A DNA stretch of 64,000 bases from Marsupella aquatica (taxonomy: Eukaryota; Plantae; Marchantiophyta), in contig OZ316896.1 in assembly GCA_973895155.1 (NCBI GenBank), positions 22,029,722 through 22,093,721 on the forward strand, given 5' to 3'. Below the pieces are notes generated by a model that was not told the origin of the DNA, searched no databases, and saw only the letters and a list, made by a program, of their open reading frames with translations. Position 1 is the stretch's first letter, and each line of letters opens with the position of its first letter. The position numbers and the translations under genes are program-made. Shown one piece after another: positions 11,551 through 22,672 of the stretch.

Positions 11551-12155
11551 ATTGTGGGTTTTGGACATGTGTGGACATGAGTTCCACTTGTATTCCATTC
11601 TCTTGTGTTTGTGATGTGGCAGTGTGACTATGTCTGGATGTATGTGACAAGCGATGTATGTTGTGTAGCGATATGTATGCGCACGACAGCTGTCACACCA
11701 TTCTGAGTAGTGTAGTAGTATATCGTGCTATTAGAGTATGTATGTTTGGTATGAGTGCTACTGGAGCCGATAAGGTTCCGTCAGGTTTGTATGAGAGGGT
11801 ACTTTTCACTTGTGAGGCATTGAAAGGTCATCTTTCAATGTTGAGCCTTGGAGAGAGAGGAGCTTGAGTGGCTATGGTGGCTGTGAGCTCCGCTTGTGTA
11901 ACGTGGATTCCTTGAGTAGTGCAAGGTGCGTTGGCTTGACATACGTGTATGATCGGATCGGTGCGGGATCGATGGGGTATTGTTGACCGGGATCGTTGTG
12001 CCGATTGTATGGAGATTATTGTGGGTTTTGGACATGTGTGGACATGAGTTCCACTTGTATTCCATTCTCTTGTGTTTGTGATATGGCAGTGTGACCATGT
12101 CTGGATGTATGTGACAATCGATGTATGTTGTGTAGCGATATGTATGCGCACGACA
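11551..12155 (+). repeat. 3' terminal repeat block B1(11551-11688)-gc-A2(11691-12017)-B2(12018-12155)
   Basis: B1 and B2 are 138-bp copies with 3 differences; A2 is a copy of A1; the B1/A2 junction is the palindrome GACAGCTGTC. Confidence 0.95.
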
Positions 12156-14311
12156 ACTCCCAATCCAAATGGCATGTAGGTACTTGGTTTGGGTGCAACC
12201 TGAAATTTGTTACAATCAAAAGTTACAGCAAGAAGTCTATGCTTCACTAGCTATATATTGAGGTATGCCTACTATAAGGCATGGCTATGCGGCATTCCTG
12301 TCCAGTTTGATTTTGTGCAAAGAACCCAGGGAACATTCAAGGCAGGGCAAAGTGTTGAAGTTACAAGAGCATGCACTTTGGTATGATTTTAATTTCCATG
12401 ACTCCAACTTGTGAAACTTAAACTTTTTCTTATGCATTACAAACAAATCGATCAGGTTTTGCGGCACTCACATCAAATCGGTCTGGATTAAAAGTCATGG
12501 GATCTTTATAGTTGGCAGGATCGCGGTGCATGAAGTTTGTTAGCGCAAGCACTCCCCACCCCTTCGGTACCAGGAAACCTGTGCGCAATTATATAGCAAA
12601 TGTTAAATTGGGGCTTGATCGCAGTTAAGTCGATGAGGAATTCGCTGACAATTTCATTAATTAGCCAGTCCTTAAACAATCTCCAGATCTTCAGTAATTT
12701 AGACGGCGACCTGCAGGGAAGAGAGTAAAATCTAGATCGATACTCAGATCACCCTGCTCGCATTCAATTGGAACCACCTCCAACTCAACTTCATTTCATG
12801 AAGACGAAGCAGGTGGCTAGCTAGCACGATCGGACTCTCTTGGAGTTGATCCCGAGATGCCCATATATATTTGAGGTGCAACAGCCAGAGCCCTGGGTGC
12901 GAGGTGGCATGGGCATGGTCCTTGCCAGGCTACTGAGATATCATGTATGCATGTTAATAAGAGACCATGTTCAGCTCAACGATTGCACCAATAAAGCTAG
13001 GAGAAACTTGCCCACCGTCGTACACAACGTCTTGAGCCGCCTTTCTCGCAATTACGAAGCTAATTGAAAGTCTCCTTTGTACTTCTTGGAAGAACTGCAC
13101 ATCCAAACTCCAGAGCTGAGTACAAATCATAGTTTTCGTCCACCTTAATTGTTCGTCATTGGAGTACAATAGATGCAACCTGGAGAAGCCAAGCAATCCA
13201 TCTACTGGAGTTTTTGTCAAGCGGCAGCGGGGACGGCTTTCGGTTCTTCCCACACTGCCTTCACCCTTTAGCCGTCGCTGGGTTAGTATGTTCCATCAAG
13301 GACAAAGCGTGTCTGATAATCCACATATCAATGTACCTTGCCCGCATAGACCATTTTCTTCGTATCCTCCCAAGTAAGCCTTGGCCCATCGACGGACACG
13401 TCTTTGCCTTCGAGAATTTCTTGTTGCTCGGCCTACACATATAAATGCAGAGGATCATCCATGCAGATGAGAATTCATATATAACACGAATATATGACTG
13501 TGTGAGATTCATTCAATTCATGTGCAACAAGTTTGGGTGGCTACGCTTGTGTGCGAGTCAGATACTGGCGGAGTAGATTCAGGTGACGAAACGCCTCTAA
13601 AATTAGACAAGGGCGGTAATTTGAACCAGAAAGAAACTCCAGGGATATGATTGCTTCTTGAACTTGTCGAACTGATCACATTTGGAAATTTCGATCGATC
13701 AAGTAATTTCTATCTTGGCTGAAGACGCCAGCTAAGCCAAATAAACCAAAGTGGGACCTACAAGCTCCACTTATACCTGAATCCGCTTGAAGATATCGGG
13801 ATTGTCCACGAGATACTTCAGTGTCCATGCCAAAGTCGTAGAAGTAGTGTTAAGGGCACCAAGCCAAGCTGCAATCACCTCGTCAATTATTTTCTCTCCA
13901 TCAAAATATTGCACCTCCTCTCCTCGTGCTTTGTCTCAAGCTTCTAACAAGATTCTTAACACATCAGAGTCGGTATCCTCTTGGCTCTCTCTCTGTTCCA
14001 CGATGGATTTCATATACGACTTCAAAGCGTTTCTTGCCTGTGTCGACGACCCAATATATCGTCAGTTCTTGTCATGTTAAGGCGTCTTCATTAGTTTTGC
14101 TCAAACTCTGCGCTGGTTTTTGAGCTGGATTTTGAACTTTCCGATAAATGCAAGCACCTAGCCTAGGCTCTATCCTAAATCTTTAGAGGTGCGTTCAGCC
14201 TTTTGACTCTGTCTCGGATCTGACTCACATCTAGTATGCTTTTTGACTCTTGGACTGATTCGTTCAGATGCATTCAGGGTTTTACTAATATCTAATATAT
14301 GATCAAGGTAG
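12156..14311. repeat. Large inverted duplication, left arm, inner part (pairs with ~15146-18000)
   Basis: Mirror ORFs 13214..13444(+) and 15964..16251(-), 13787..14080(+) and 15287..15538(-); similarity ends at aaggtag (~14311) versus ctacctt (~15146). Confidence 0.92.
13334..14080 (-). pseudogene. Inverted copy of internal cytochrome P450 exons (I-helix region)
   Basis: Minus strand encodes EKIIDEVIAAWLGALNTTSTTLAWTLKYLVDNPDIFKRIQ and AEQQEILEGKD...WEDTKKMVYAGK, with the intron retained. Confidence 0.8.
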
Positions 14312-14342
14312 CCGTCGCTGGGTTAGTATACCCATGCTGCAG

Positions 14343-16071
14343 GTATGGAAGCATATTCAAGTCTTCCATATTTTTGCAGAAGACCATACTTGGCACGACT
14401 CCCGACTTTGCAAAGTTCATTTGTTTCAACCTGGAACTCTTCCCAGTGCAATATCCAATAAATGTGGAATACATTGTCCCTAATGCAGTCTCTTTCGGGG
14501 ATGGCCCACAGCATCTCGCTATCAAGAAGCTCTTCAAAACTTTAGTGTTTCCAGATACTATCGCGAGTATGATCCCAGCACTGGAGAGCATGGTTCTTGA
14601 AAATTTAGCGTCTTGGGAAGAGAAAGGGACCGTTTTGGGCAGTGACGCGACGAAAGTGGTGGGCTGTTTCTCTTGATTGCTCATAATTTACTATGTATCT
14701 TAATATATATGTTCGATAGATCTCAACTGAAGTTGTTCTTTCCTTCATAGCATATCTCCAAGCTAGGCTTCGTGTTCCACCTTTCCTGAACGCAGCATGC
14801 CTTCTATGTGCACAGTTAGCTTGTTGCAGACACGAGCGCGTACCTCGCATTCAAAATTAAGAGCATCCGCAGCACACCAGAAGGAGATTTGGCAGTGAAA
14901 AACATGTTGACTATGATCGCCAGCATTGACGGTGTACCAATAAATCTTCCAGGAACTGCTCACCACAGAGGACATCAGGTGCGCGCGTGTGTCTAGACTA
15001 AAACTATCATATATCACAGTGCCAAAAACACCGAAACGCATACCGGGAGACAGGATCTTATAAAGCGAGGGAAATGGCCCAAAGGATGAACATGAAGACT
15101 GTCTTTAGCCTCACCGGCTTGTGACTCTCGGGTCTGACTGACTGCCTACCTTTACCATATATTAGATATAAGTGAAACCCTGAATGCATCTTAACGAATC
15201 AGTTCAAGAGTCGAAAAGCATACTAGATGTGAGTCGGAACCGAGATTTAGAGGGGAGCCTAGGTTAGGTGCTTGCATTTAACAAAACTAACGAAGAGGCC
15301 TTAACACGAGCAAGAAGTGACGATTGGGTCGTCCACGCAGGCAAGAAAGGCTTTGAGGTCGTACATGAAAACCATCGTGGAACAGAGAGAGCGCCAAGAG
15401 GATACCGATCGAGTCTGATGTGTTAAGAATCATGTTACAAGCTCGAGACAAAGCACGAGGAGAGGAGGTGCAGTATTTTGATGGAGAGAAAATAATTGAC
15501 GAGGTGGTTGCAGCTTGGCTTGGTGCCCTTAAGACCACGGCTACGACTTTGGCATGGACACTGAAGTATCTCGTGGACTATCCAGATATCTTCAAGCGGA
15601 TTCAGGTATAACTGAAGCTACTAGGTCCCACTTTGTTTTTTTGTTTGGCTGGACCATATCTCCGACCTTCAAACTGTTTGTTCAATTCTTGGCTGGCGTC
15701 TTTCAGAAAGGTACTCGATCGATCAAAATTTGAGAATGTTATCAGTTCGACAAGTTCAGGAAGCAATCATATCCCTGGACTTTCTTTCTGGTTTAAATTA
15801 CCGCCCTTGTCTAATTTAGAGGCCTTTTGTCACCTGAATCTACTCCCCCAATGGCTGATCTCGCACATAAGCGTAGCCACCCGAACTTGTTGCACATGAA
15901 TGAATCTCACACAGTCATATATTCGTGTTATGAATTCTCATCTGCATGGATGATCGTCTGCATTTATGTGTGTAGGCCGAGCAACAAGAGATTCTTGAAG
16001 GCAAAGACCTGTCCGTCGAAGGGCCAAGGCTTACTTGGGAGGATACGAAGAAAATGGTCTATGCGGGCAAG
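14343..16071 (+). pseudogene. Truncated CYP85-clan cytochrome P450 (CYP707A-like), lacking ExxR, PERF and heme-Cys exons
   Basis: Exon RYGSIFKSSIF...GPQHLAIKKL...ALESMVLENLASW (14343-~14657), I-helix exon ending 15606, exon 15977-16070. Downstream is the inverted arm; no FxxGxRxC was found. Subfamily assignment is tentative. Confidence 0.78.
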
Positions 16072-19000
16072 GTAAATTGATATGCGTCCTGATACTAAAA
16101 CCGCCTGGATAGCTACTGAATAAATTCTCTTTGAGTCGATCATCCGGCTCAGATATGCTTTGTCCTTGATGGAACATACTAGCCCAGCGACGGCTAAAGC
16201 GTGAAGGCAGTGTGGGAAGAACCGAAAGCCGTCCCCGCTGCCGCTTGACAAAAACTCCAGTAGATGGATTCTTTCGTTTCTGGTTGCATCTATTGTACTC
16301 CACTGATGAACAAGGTGGAAGAAAACTATAATTTGTACTCAACTCTGGAGTTCGGATGTGCAGTTCTTCCATGAATTACAACGGAGACTTTCAACTAGCT
16401 TCATAGTTGCAAGAAAGGCGGCTCAAGACATTGTATACGACGGTGGGCAAGTTTCTCCTAGCTTTTTTCGTGCAATCGTTCAGCTGAACATGGTCTCTTA
16501 TTAACATGCATACATGATATCTCAGTAGTGGCAAGGACCATGCCACCTTGCACCCAGGGCTCTCGCTGTTGCACCTCGAATGTATACGGGCATCTCAGGA
16601 TCAACTCCAAGATAGTCCCATCGTGCTAGCTAGCCACCTGCCTCGTCTTCATGAAATGAAATTGAGTTGGAGATGGCTCCAATTGAATGCGAGCTGGTTG
16701 ATCTGAGTTTCGATCTAGATTGTACTCTCGTACTTGCAGGTCGCCGTCTAAATTTACTGAAGATCTGGAGATGGTTTAAGGCCTGGCTAATTACTGAAAC
16801 TGTCAGCGAATTCCTCATCAAATTACTGCGTTCATGACCCAGTTTAACCATTTGCTGTTTAATTGCGCACAGGTTTACTAATACCGAAGGGGTGGGGAGT
16901 GCTTGCGCTGACAAACTTCGTGCACCATGATCCTGCCAACTTTAAGGATCCCATGACTTTTAATCCAGACCAATTTGATGTGAGTGCCTCAAAACTTGAT
17001 CGATTCGTTTGTAATGCAAAAGAAAAGTTTAAGCTTCACTAGTTGGAGTCATGGAAATTAAGTCGTACAAAAGTGCGCTCTTGTAACTTCAACTCTTTGC
17101 CCTGCCTTTAGTGGGTCTCTAAACCCCTAGTGTATTTTCTTTCTTTGTATATCTATAGACTTAGGAGGCATTACCCTGCAGGTGAGGCACTGAACCGTGT
17201 GCCAGCCTGGCCTGGAAATTCTTACATTGAATGAGAATGCAGATAAGGTGCAAGGGATGTCAATTTAAGAATTGCAGGGTAAGCTCACATTTCATCGAAC
17301 ATACCAGATCTTGTGGCCATGCTGTCATACGGAAGTCCTGACACAGATTGGCAATTTACCTACGTAGGGACTGGACCAAACAGCAGTACAAAATTAGGGC
17401 TGGAAAGTCCACGTATGGGAATGCCATCAATGACATGACCATGAACTACGGATCATGGAGTGCTTTGTGGGCAATTCATGAAGACATTTTGCAGGTCCCG
17501 CCGGTCCCGCCTAGACCACCATGAATGTGATCCTTTTGCAGGAGTAGAAGTAGTACTGCAGGCTAGACTAATAGTTCTTCCTATCGCGGATTCACTGTTG
17601 GGTGCCCCGCCGGCGCCTGTTCACTGACCGGTCTTTTGGGGTTTGCCGTTCCTTTCTGTAGTGGTTAAACTGCTGGTTTGGCTTCCTTTCTTTGGGGCCT
17701 GCTTCTCTCCTGGTGCCGGCCTCTCCGGTCCTGTGGGCTTCTTGACCTTTGGTCCCCCCGGGTGCCGACCCCTTCTTGTGGGCCACCCTTTTTGTATGCT
17801 GGCTTTTTGAATGAATTTCAATTGGTTTTTTCGAGGCAAAAAAAAAAGAATTGCAGGGTAAAATTGAATAGAATTTAGGGTTTACAAAATTAGCTAGTGA
17901 TGTAATATAGAATTCTTGCTGCAAATTACTTTTGATTGCTAATGTAAACAAATTCCAGGTTGCACCCAAACCAAATACTTACATGCCATTTGGATTGGGA
18001 GTACATCGGTGCCCGGGGGACGACCTTGCAAAAATGATTTGTAGTATCCTAGTCCATCATCTCACCACAACTTACGAGTAAGTTGTACACTGCCATCTTG
18101 TAGAACTTGAGCCAGACCAACATCTTCAGATAATTTCATTCTTTAAGTAGCGTAGCGCATGCATTATTGGCATGTTTTCTTTTGATATTGGAAATGTTCT
18201 GAATCACTTCGTGTTCTTTAAAGCAAGTTTTTCTGACCAGCTAAGTTTCAGGGTACAAGATTCACAAAATCTATTAAAAGCTTTGCCAATAAAAGGTCCA
18301 TATGAATTCAAATGCTTACTGTTGATTTTTTCCTGACCTATACAGATATGAGAGAAAAGGGCCTGACCAGGGTACGGCGCATGTCAACTTCCCAATACTA
18401 GTGGGTGGTTACCCCATCAATATTTGGCGACGGACCTAAATAATGGTTGAGGTTAACTTGCATGCTATGGGGTTACCCCATCAATGTTTGACAACAGACC
18501 TAATGGTTGAGATTAACTAGCATGCTATGGTGGAACAACACACCTTGGCTGAGCTGAAATAGCTTGAACTTGTACTTACTTTAGCTTAGGGTAAGTGGAT
18601 ATAAAGCACAAGTCGGTAGGCAGGATCTTAGAACCAAGCTAAGTTTGATCTTTATCCTGGCTTAATTAGCCCAAACCAAGACAGTCTAAGTAGGGTTGTC
18701 CTTACTTAGGCAGCCTGTTATATATATTACCTGATCTTAAAACCAGGTACTTAACTCAGACCTCGTATGATAGGCATGGGTCGACATCTTATATAGACTT
18801 AATGGTTGGCTATAATAAAAAGTAATATTCATATATTGGGTTTAATTTCTCCTTTTTCCACATAATTATGCTTACAAATATTCCAAATGGTGCAATTTCT
18901 CTTAAGGAAAATCCAAAATTATAATAAAATCCCGAAACGCTGGCTACTTTGGCTGTAGACCCCTCTATTAGAAAATGTATTCCGGGAAATTTTTCCACAT

Positions 19001-19452
19001 CAAAATGTTCAACTCTGGTTTTCTCTTCAAGTTTCATCTTTGGATTCTTTGCGTTGAGAGGTACAAGTTAAAGTTTAGTAGACTAAAATGAAACTTGGCA
19101 TGGTTAGTTCATTTGGATATAAAGCCATTATAAGGAATTAAAGAGTTGGCTTTAAAAAGGGGAGTTGTGTACCTGGGATCTGAAAGCTTTGGGCACACAT
19201 TTGAATCACCTGAAAATCACCTCAGGTTTTATTGAGGACATGCCCTAGCTCGTGAGAGGGCATTACTAGACTCATATACCTTTGCGTTTAGGACACAAAA
19301 TCTCCAAATTAGGATGTGACAAAGTGAGAATCCTGGTGAGAGTGCCCTCCAGGACCTACTCCAACTCCATCATGACCATCTCTTGGATAAGGTGCTTTCA
19401 AAATAAGAAGTAATTTTTTTTTTTAGGGCTTAAGGTTTCAAGGAGCAGTGTC
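15146..19452. repeat. Large inverted duplication, right arm
   Basis: Continuous reverse complement of 1143-2613 joined to 12160-14311, apart from a non-matching segment at ~17110-17888. Confidence 0.92.
17283..17845 (+). mobile_element. 5'-truncated non-LTR (L1-like) insertion
   Basis: 16-bp TSD aagaattgcagggtaa at 17267-17282 and 17846-17861; poly(A) tail; absent from the left arm. Confidence 0.8.
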
Positions 19453-21928
19453 AATAAATTAAAGCTTTTGCACTCACCCTTGCCGGCAAGTTGACTTCAA
19501 GTTAAACCACTCTTGCCCATATAAAAGACTCTCTCTAGGTAACTACAATTTGGTATCCTCTGCCTCCATAATTATACCTACAAAAGCTCTGGACGTCGTG
19601 CACAATCATCGAGCTCTGCTTATTCGAAGAAATTGAATCGCTTTCTCACCCGTCAGAGACACAATCAAATATCAGCAAGCGCCCAGATAGTGATCCTGGT
19701 CGAAAGCTCTTCGATGTTTCTGAAAATGTTCCAAAGACGAGAAGCGCCCTTCAATTATTACACCGAACGACGAGACTGTGTTGTAACCCAACACACCAAA
19801 ATCTGCTGCTCTTGTTGCAGCGGATCAGCATCCGAAGCAGCCGGTAAGTCACTCCTCTGGGTTACTTTCTCTGTTCAATTCCGTGAAGAATCCTTCCAGC
19901 GTATACCATGCGGCCACAATTGTACAGATAGACACTGGAATTAAGAACGTGAAAGGTTGAGATAGGCATGGGCTACTTTTCTGGAGAATTGACCTCAATT
20001 TTGTGTTAATTTGCTGGAATTGCTCGGACAAAACTGCTGTCGCTGTTTGGAGAGCAACAGGATCGCTTGTGTATGCTATTTTGTAATCCTGCAACTGGGT
20101 TTCTTTTTGAGAATTAACCTTACTTTAACTCTCGGAGGCAGTGGATTTCGAAGCCACATTTAGTTGGGAATCAACTCGTGTCATCCGAATTCGATCCTTA
20201 GCCACAGTTATCCTTACTACGGGGCAAACACTGAAATCACATTCGATTGAATGAATATGAGCTGATAAATACTTTTGTGGATCGTGCGGTGCCCTAATTT
20301 TGGAGACATTGGGCACCATTACCGTGGAATTCGAAAGAGAAGAGAGGTTGGGAGACGACTGTGACTCGGGAGGTTTCTCTAGTTGTTCGAAATTACACCA
20401 ATTGGGTTCCGTGTTGTGGGTCTTTGCAACACCACTCCGTTGGTCCAAGCCTGGGACCCGAAACCTGGCGTTCATGTTCCAATCGAGGTCACCGAATTGA
20501 AGCTAGAATTGCAAGCTGAGGGATGATTGCCTAAACCCTTTCAACTTGGCCACCCATACCTGTGAGAAGTCAAAATATTTGCTTCAAATATTTGTGAGAG
20601 CTCTAATGTTCATGATTGGCGAGTAGATTGTGTCATGAGAAACCAAGCAGATATTTGCGAGTAGCGTTGATGACAGAGGACCCTACTTGAACAGAAATGA
20701 GGGGGTCGAGCTTCTTTCGACACTGTTGAAACGCTACTTAAACCTGAAAATCGAAAGCGTCTACGTGAACGTTTGGAGAAGAGTAAGCAACGAATCGGTC
20801 CGCAGCAATCAAAACTCCTCGAACAGTCATCAAATGTGGATCAATGGAAGTCACTTGCACAAACCAACTGTCTTCAAGATCTGGGAGTAATACATTTAGA
20901 GATGGAAGGTGATACCATTGATTCTGGGAGATGTCCTTCTGATCAAGTATCCCGGATGACCACAAGTGTCACAATTCCACTCACAAGTCAGATGACAGAG
21001 CTAGTAGAATTAGTGGAACAGCCCAGAAGCATTGAGAACCCCGAATCTCCCACAGAGAGTATTGAGGGCAAGGAGGGCAGCTCACTGACTACTATTCGAA
21101 GGCTTAAAGTGCTAGATGTACATTCTTATGTTCATAAAGCATTGCGTGACAGTGTCCTGAGATCATGGTTAAATTCAAGAACGATTGAAGAATAAGTTTG
21201 ATGTTTCCTCCTTTATCCTGGTGTCCATTGTCCATATGTTCGGAACGGTCTTGACTTTGAAGGCTGTCCTTCTGGATTCGAGGTAGTCTAGTAAATATGG
21301 GCTCTCCCCATAACTGCAAATCAGGGAGACGTTCATGTCGACTGGAAATCGGGCGATGGAATCATAAATGTTTACAAAGGCTAACATTCCGTTTGGATAA
21401 ATGGGAATGAATTGAAGGGAAAGCCACCAAGTCCCAGCCCGCTGCCAATTTGATTAAATTAACGAAGACACTCAAAAGAGCTGATAAACATCGCAAGCCT
21501 ATTTTACATGACTACAATAGACGGGGAAATTCCTGACTCCTATCTGAACGCAGTTTAGAGGAGCGATACTTAGATTGCGGTTCCGAAAACACATTTTAAT
21601 TATCATTGGTTGCTGGCAGTTGAAGATTTTTCACTTCTGTCGTAAACATTTGGTTACACATTCAGACTAGCAAGTACATGATCTCCAATCCGCGAGGAGG
21701 AACCGCATTCTTGGTCACAACGCGTTGATTGCCGCAGCCTTGCTAATTCGGCCTAAGCAAAACGCTTTCTTCCTGGGAGGAACAAGTAACAATCAGAAGG
21801 ATCGCCTTTCCGATACAAATTACTCGTCACGATTCCTAGATCGATATAGGAAAAATGCCCGCACTGATATGCTATCGATCGAGGGAGTCCAGTCAGGAGA
21901 AACACCCGCGTAATTGAAATTATGACGA

Positions 21929-22672
21929 TTATCTCGAATCAGTGGAATTAATTACGAAATCCATCGCCGAGTAACCACAGAGGCCGAAAGCGCAGGTTCC
22001 GCCCTGGCAGACATTGCCACATCTCCCGCAATTTCTGGAATCGCTCTCAATGGCTACGCAAAACCCCGAGCAGCAAAAGTAGCCGAATTTGCAGGGATTC
22101 CCGCAACCACCACAATTCAGCCCGTCGAAATGAATATCAGTGCACCACCCGTTGTGGCAGCAGGTGGACGCAAACGACTCCGTGGTCCACCCTGCGACCG
22201 ACATGCACATGGTGGGATCCGTCAAGCATCCGGAGTTTGACGACAGCTTCCTCAAATTCCCCACATCTTTCTTTTGTGTCTGCTGGTACTGGTGTTGCTG
22301 GCTTCGCAGCAGAGACGCCCTAACGTAACTGCTTGTCTGAAATCGTCTACGATGGTGAGGGTGGTGGTGATGGTGGTGACGGTGTAACACTGCTTCGACG
22401 TCTTCTCGGACGATCTTGTTCGAGGAAGCTCCGAGCTCCCCAGTCGCGTTAACAACAACATCAACACCTGAACGACGCCTGTTGTCGCTTTTGATATTGT
22501 CGAGGTTCGTCGTCTCTGTTGAGGAGGATTCATTGAGAGCGCTAACAGTGAAGAATTGCGTAGAGATGATGAGAATTACACCAATTAGTGAGACGACCCT
22601 TCGAAATTTAAAGCTCTGAGTAGCAGCAGCAACGAGAAAAGTGACAGAGAATTGGGAGGGACATCGTTCCAT
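21929..22672 (-). CDS. STIG1-family secreted cysteine-rich protein
   Basis: Hydrophobic N-terminus, His/Gln-rich spacer, C-terminal Stig1 Cys pattern TCC...NCGGCGNPC..GYFCCSGFCV..D.RNCGRCGNVC..G.CAFGLCGY; intronless 247-aa ORF. Confidence 0.85.
   Translation of the reverse strand: MERCPSQFSVTFLVAAATQSFKFRRVVSLIGVILIISTQFFTVSALNESSSTETTNLDNIKSDNRRRSGVDVVVNATGELGASSNKIVREDVEAVLHRHHHHHHPHHRRRFQTSSYVRASLLRSQQHQYQQTQKKDVGNLRKLSSNSGCLTDPTMCMSVAGWTTESFASTCCHNGWCTDIHFDGLNCGGCGNPCKFGYFCCSGFCVAIESDSRNCGRCGNVCQGGTCAFGLCGYSAMDFVINSTDSR

Larger units (their letters stand above)
2614..12155 (+). mobile_element. Ty3/Gypsy-type retrotransposon with a DNMT3-like methyltransferase and PHD finger, bounded by split direct repeats (decayed copy)
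   Basis: Termini TGTC.../...GACA; TSD ACTC at 2610-2613 and 12156-12159, confirmed by the empty site gatgtACTCccaatcc in the inverted arm (~17991-18006); domain order gag-PR-DNMT-RT-RH-IN-PHD, with RT-RH-IN in Gypsy order. Confidence 0.93.

Noticed and set aside
2614-12155. Classification as a DIRS/PAT/Ngaro tyrosine-recombinase element because of split repeats and a methyltransferase
   Set aside because: It has a protease, an HHCC-DDE integrase and a TSD; no recombinase ORF was seen; the MTase has C5 (PC/ENV) motifs rather than the adenine-MTase type found in DIRS.
12840-13230. CYP first exon
   Set aside because: Position and the ending VFVKRQR are suggestive, but no clear membrane anchor or PPGP motif could be read, so it is not annotated.
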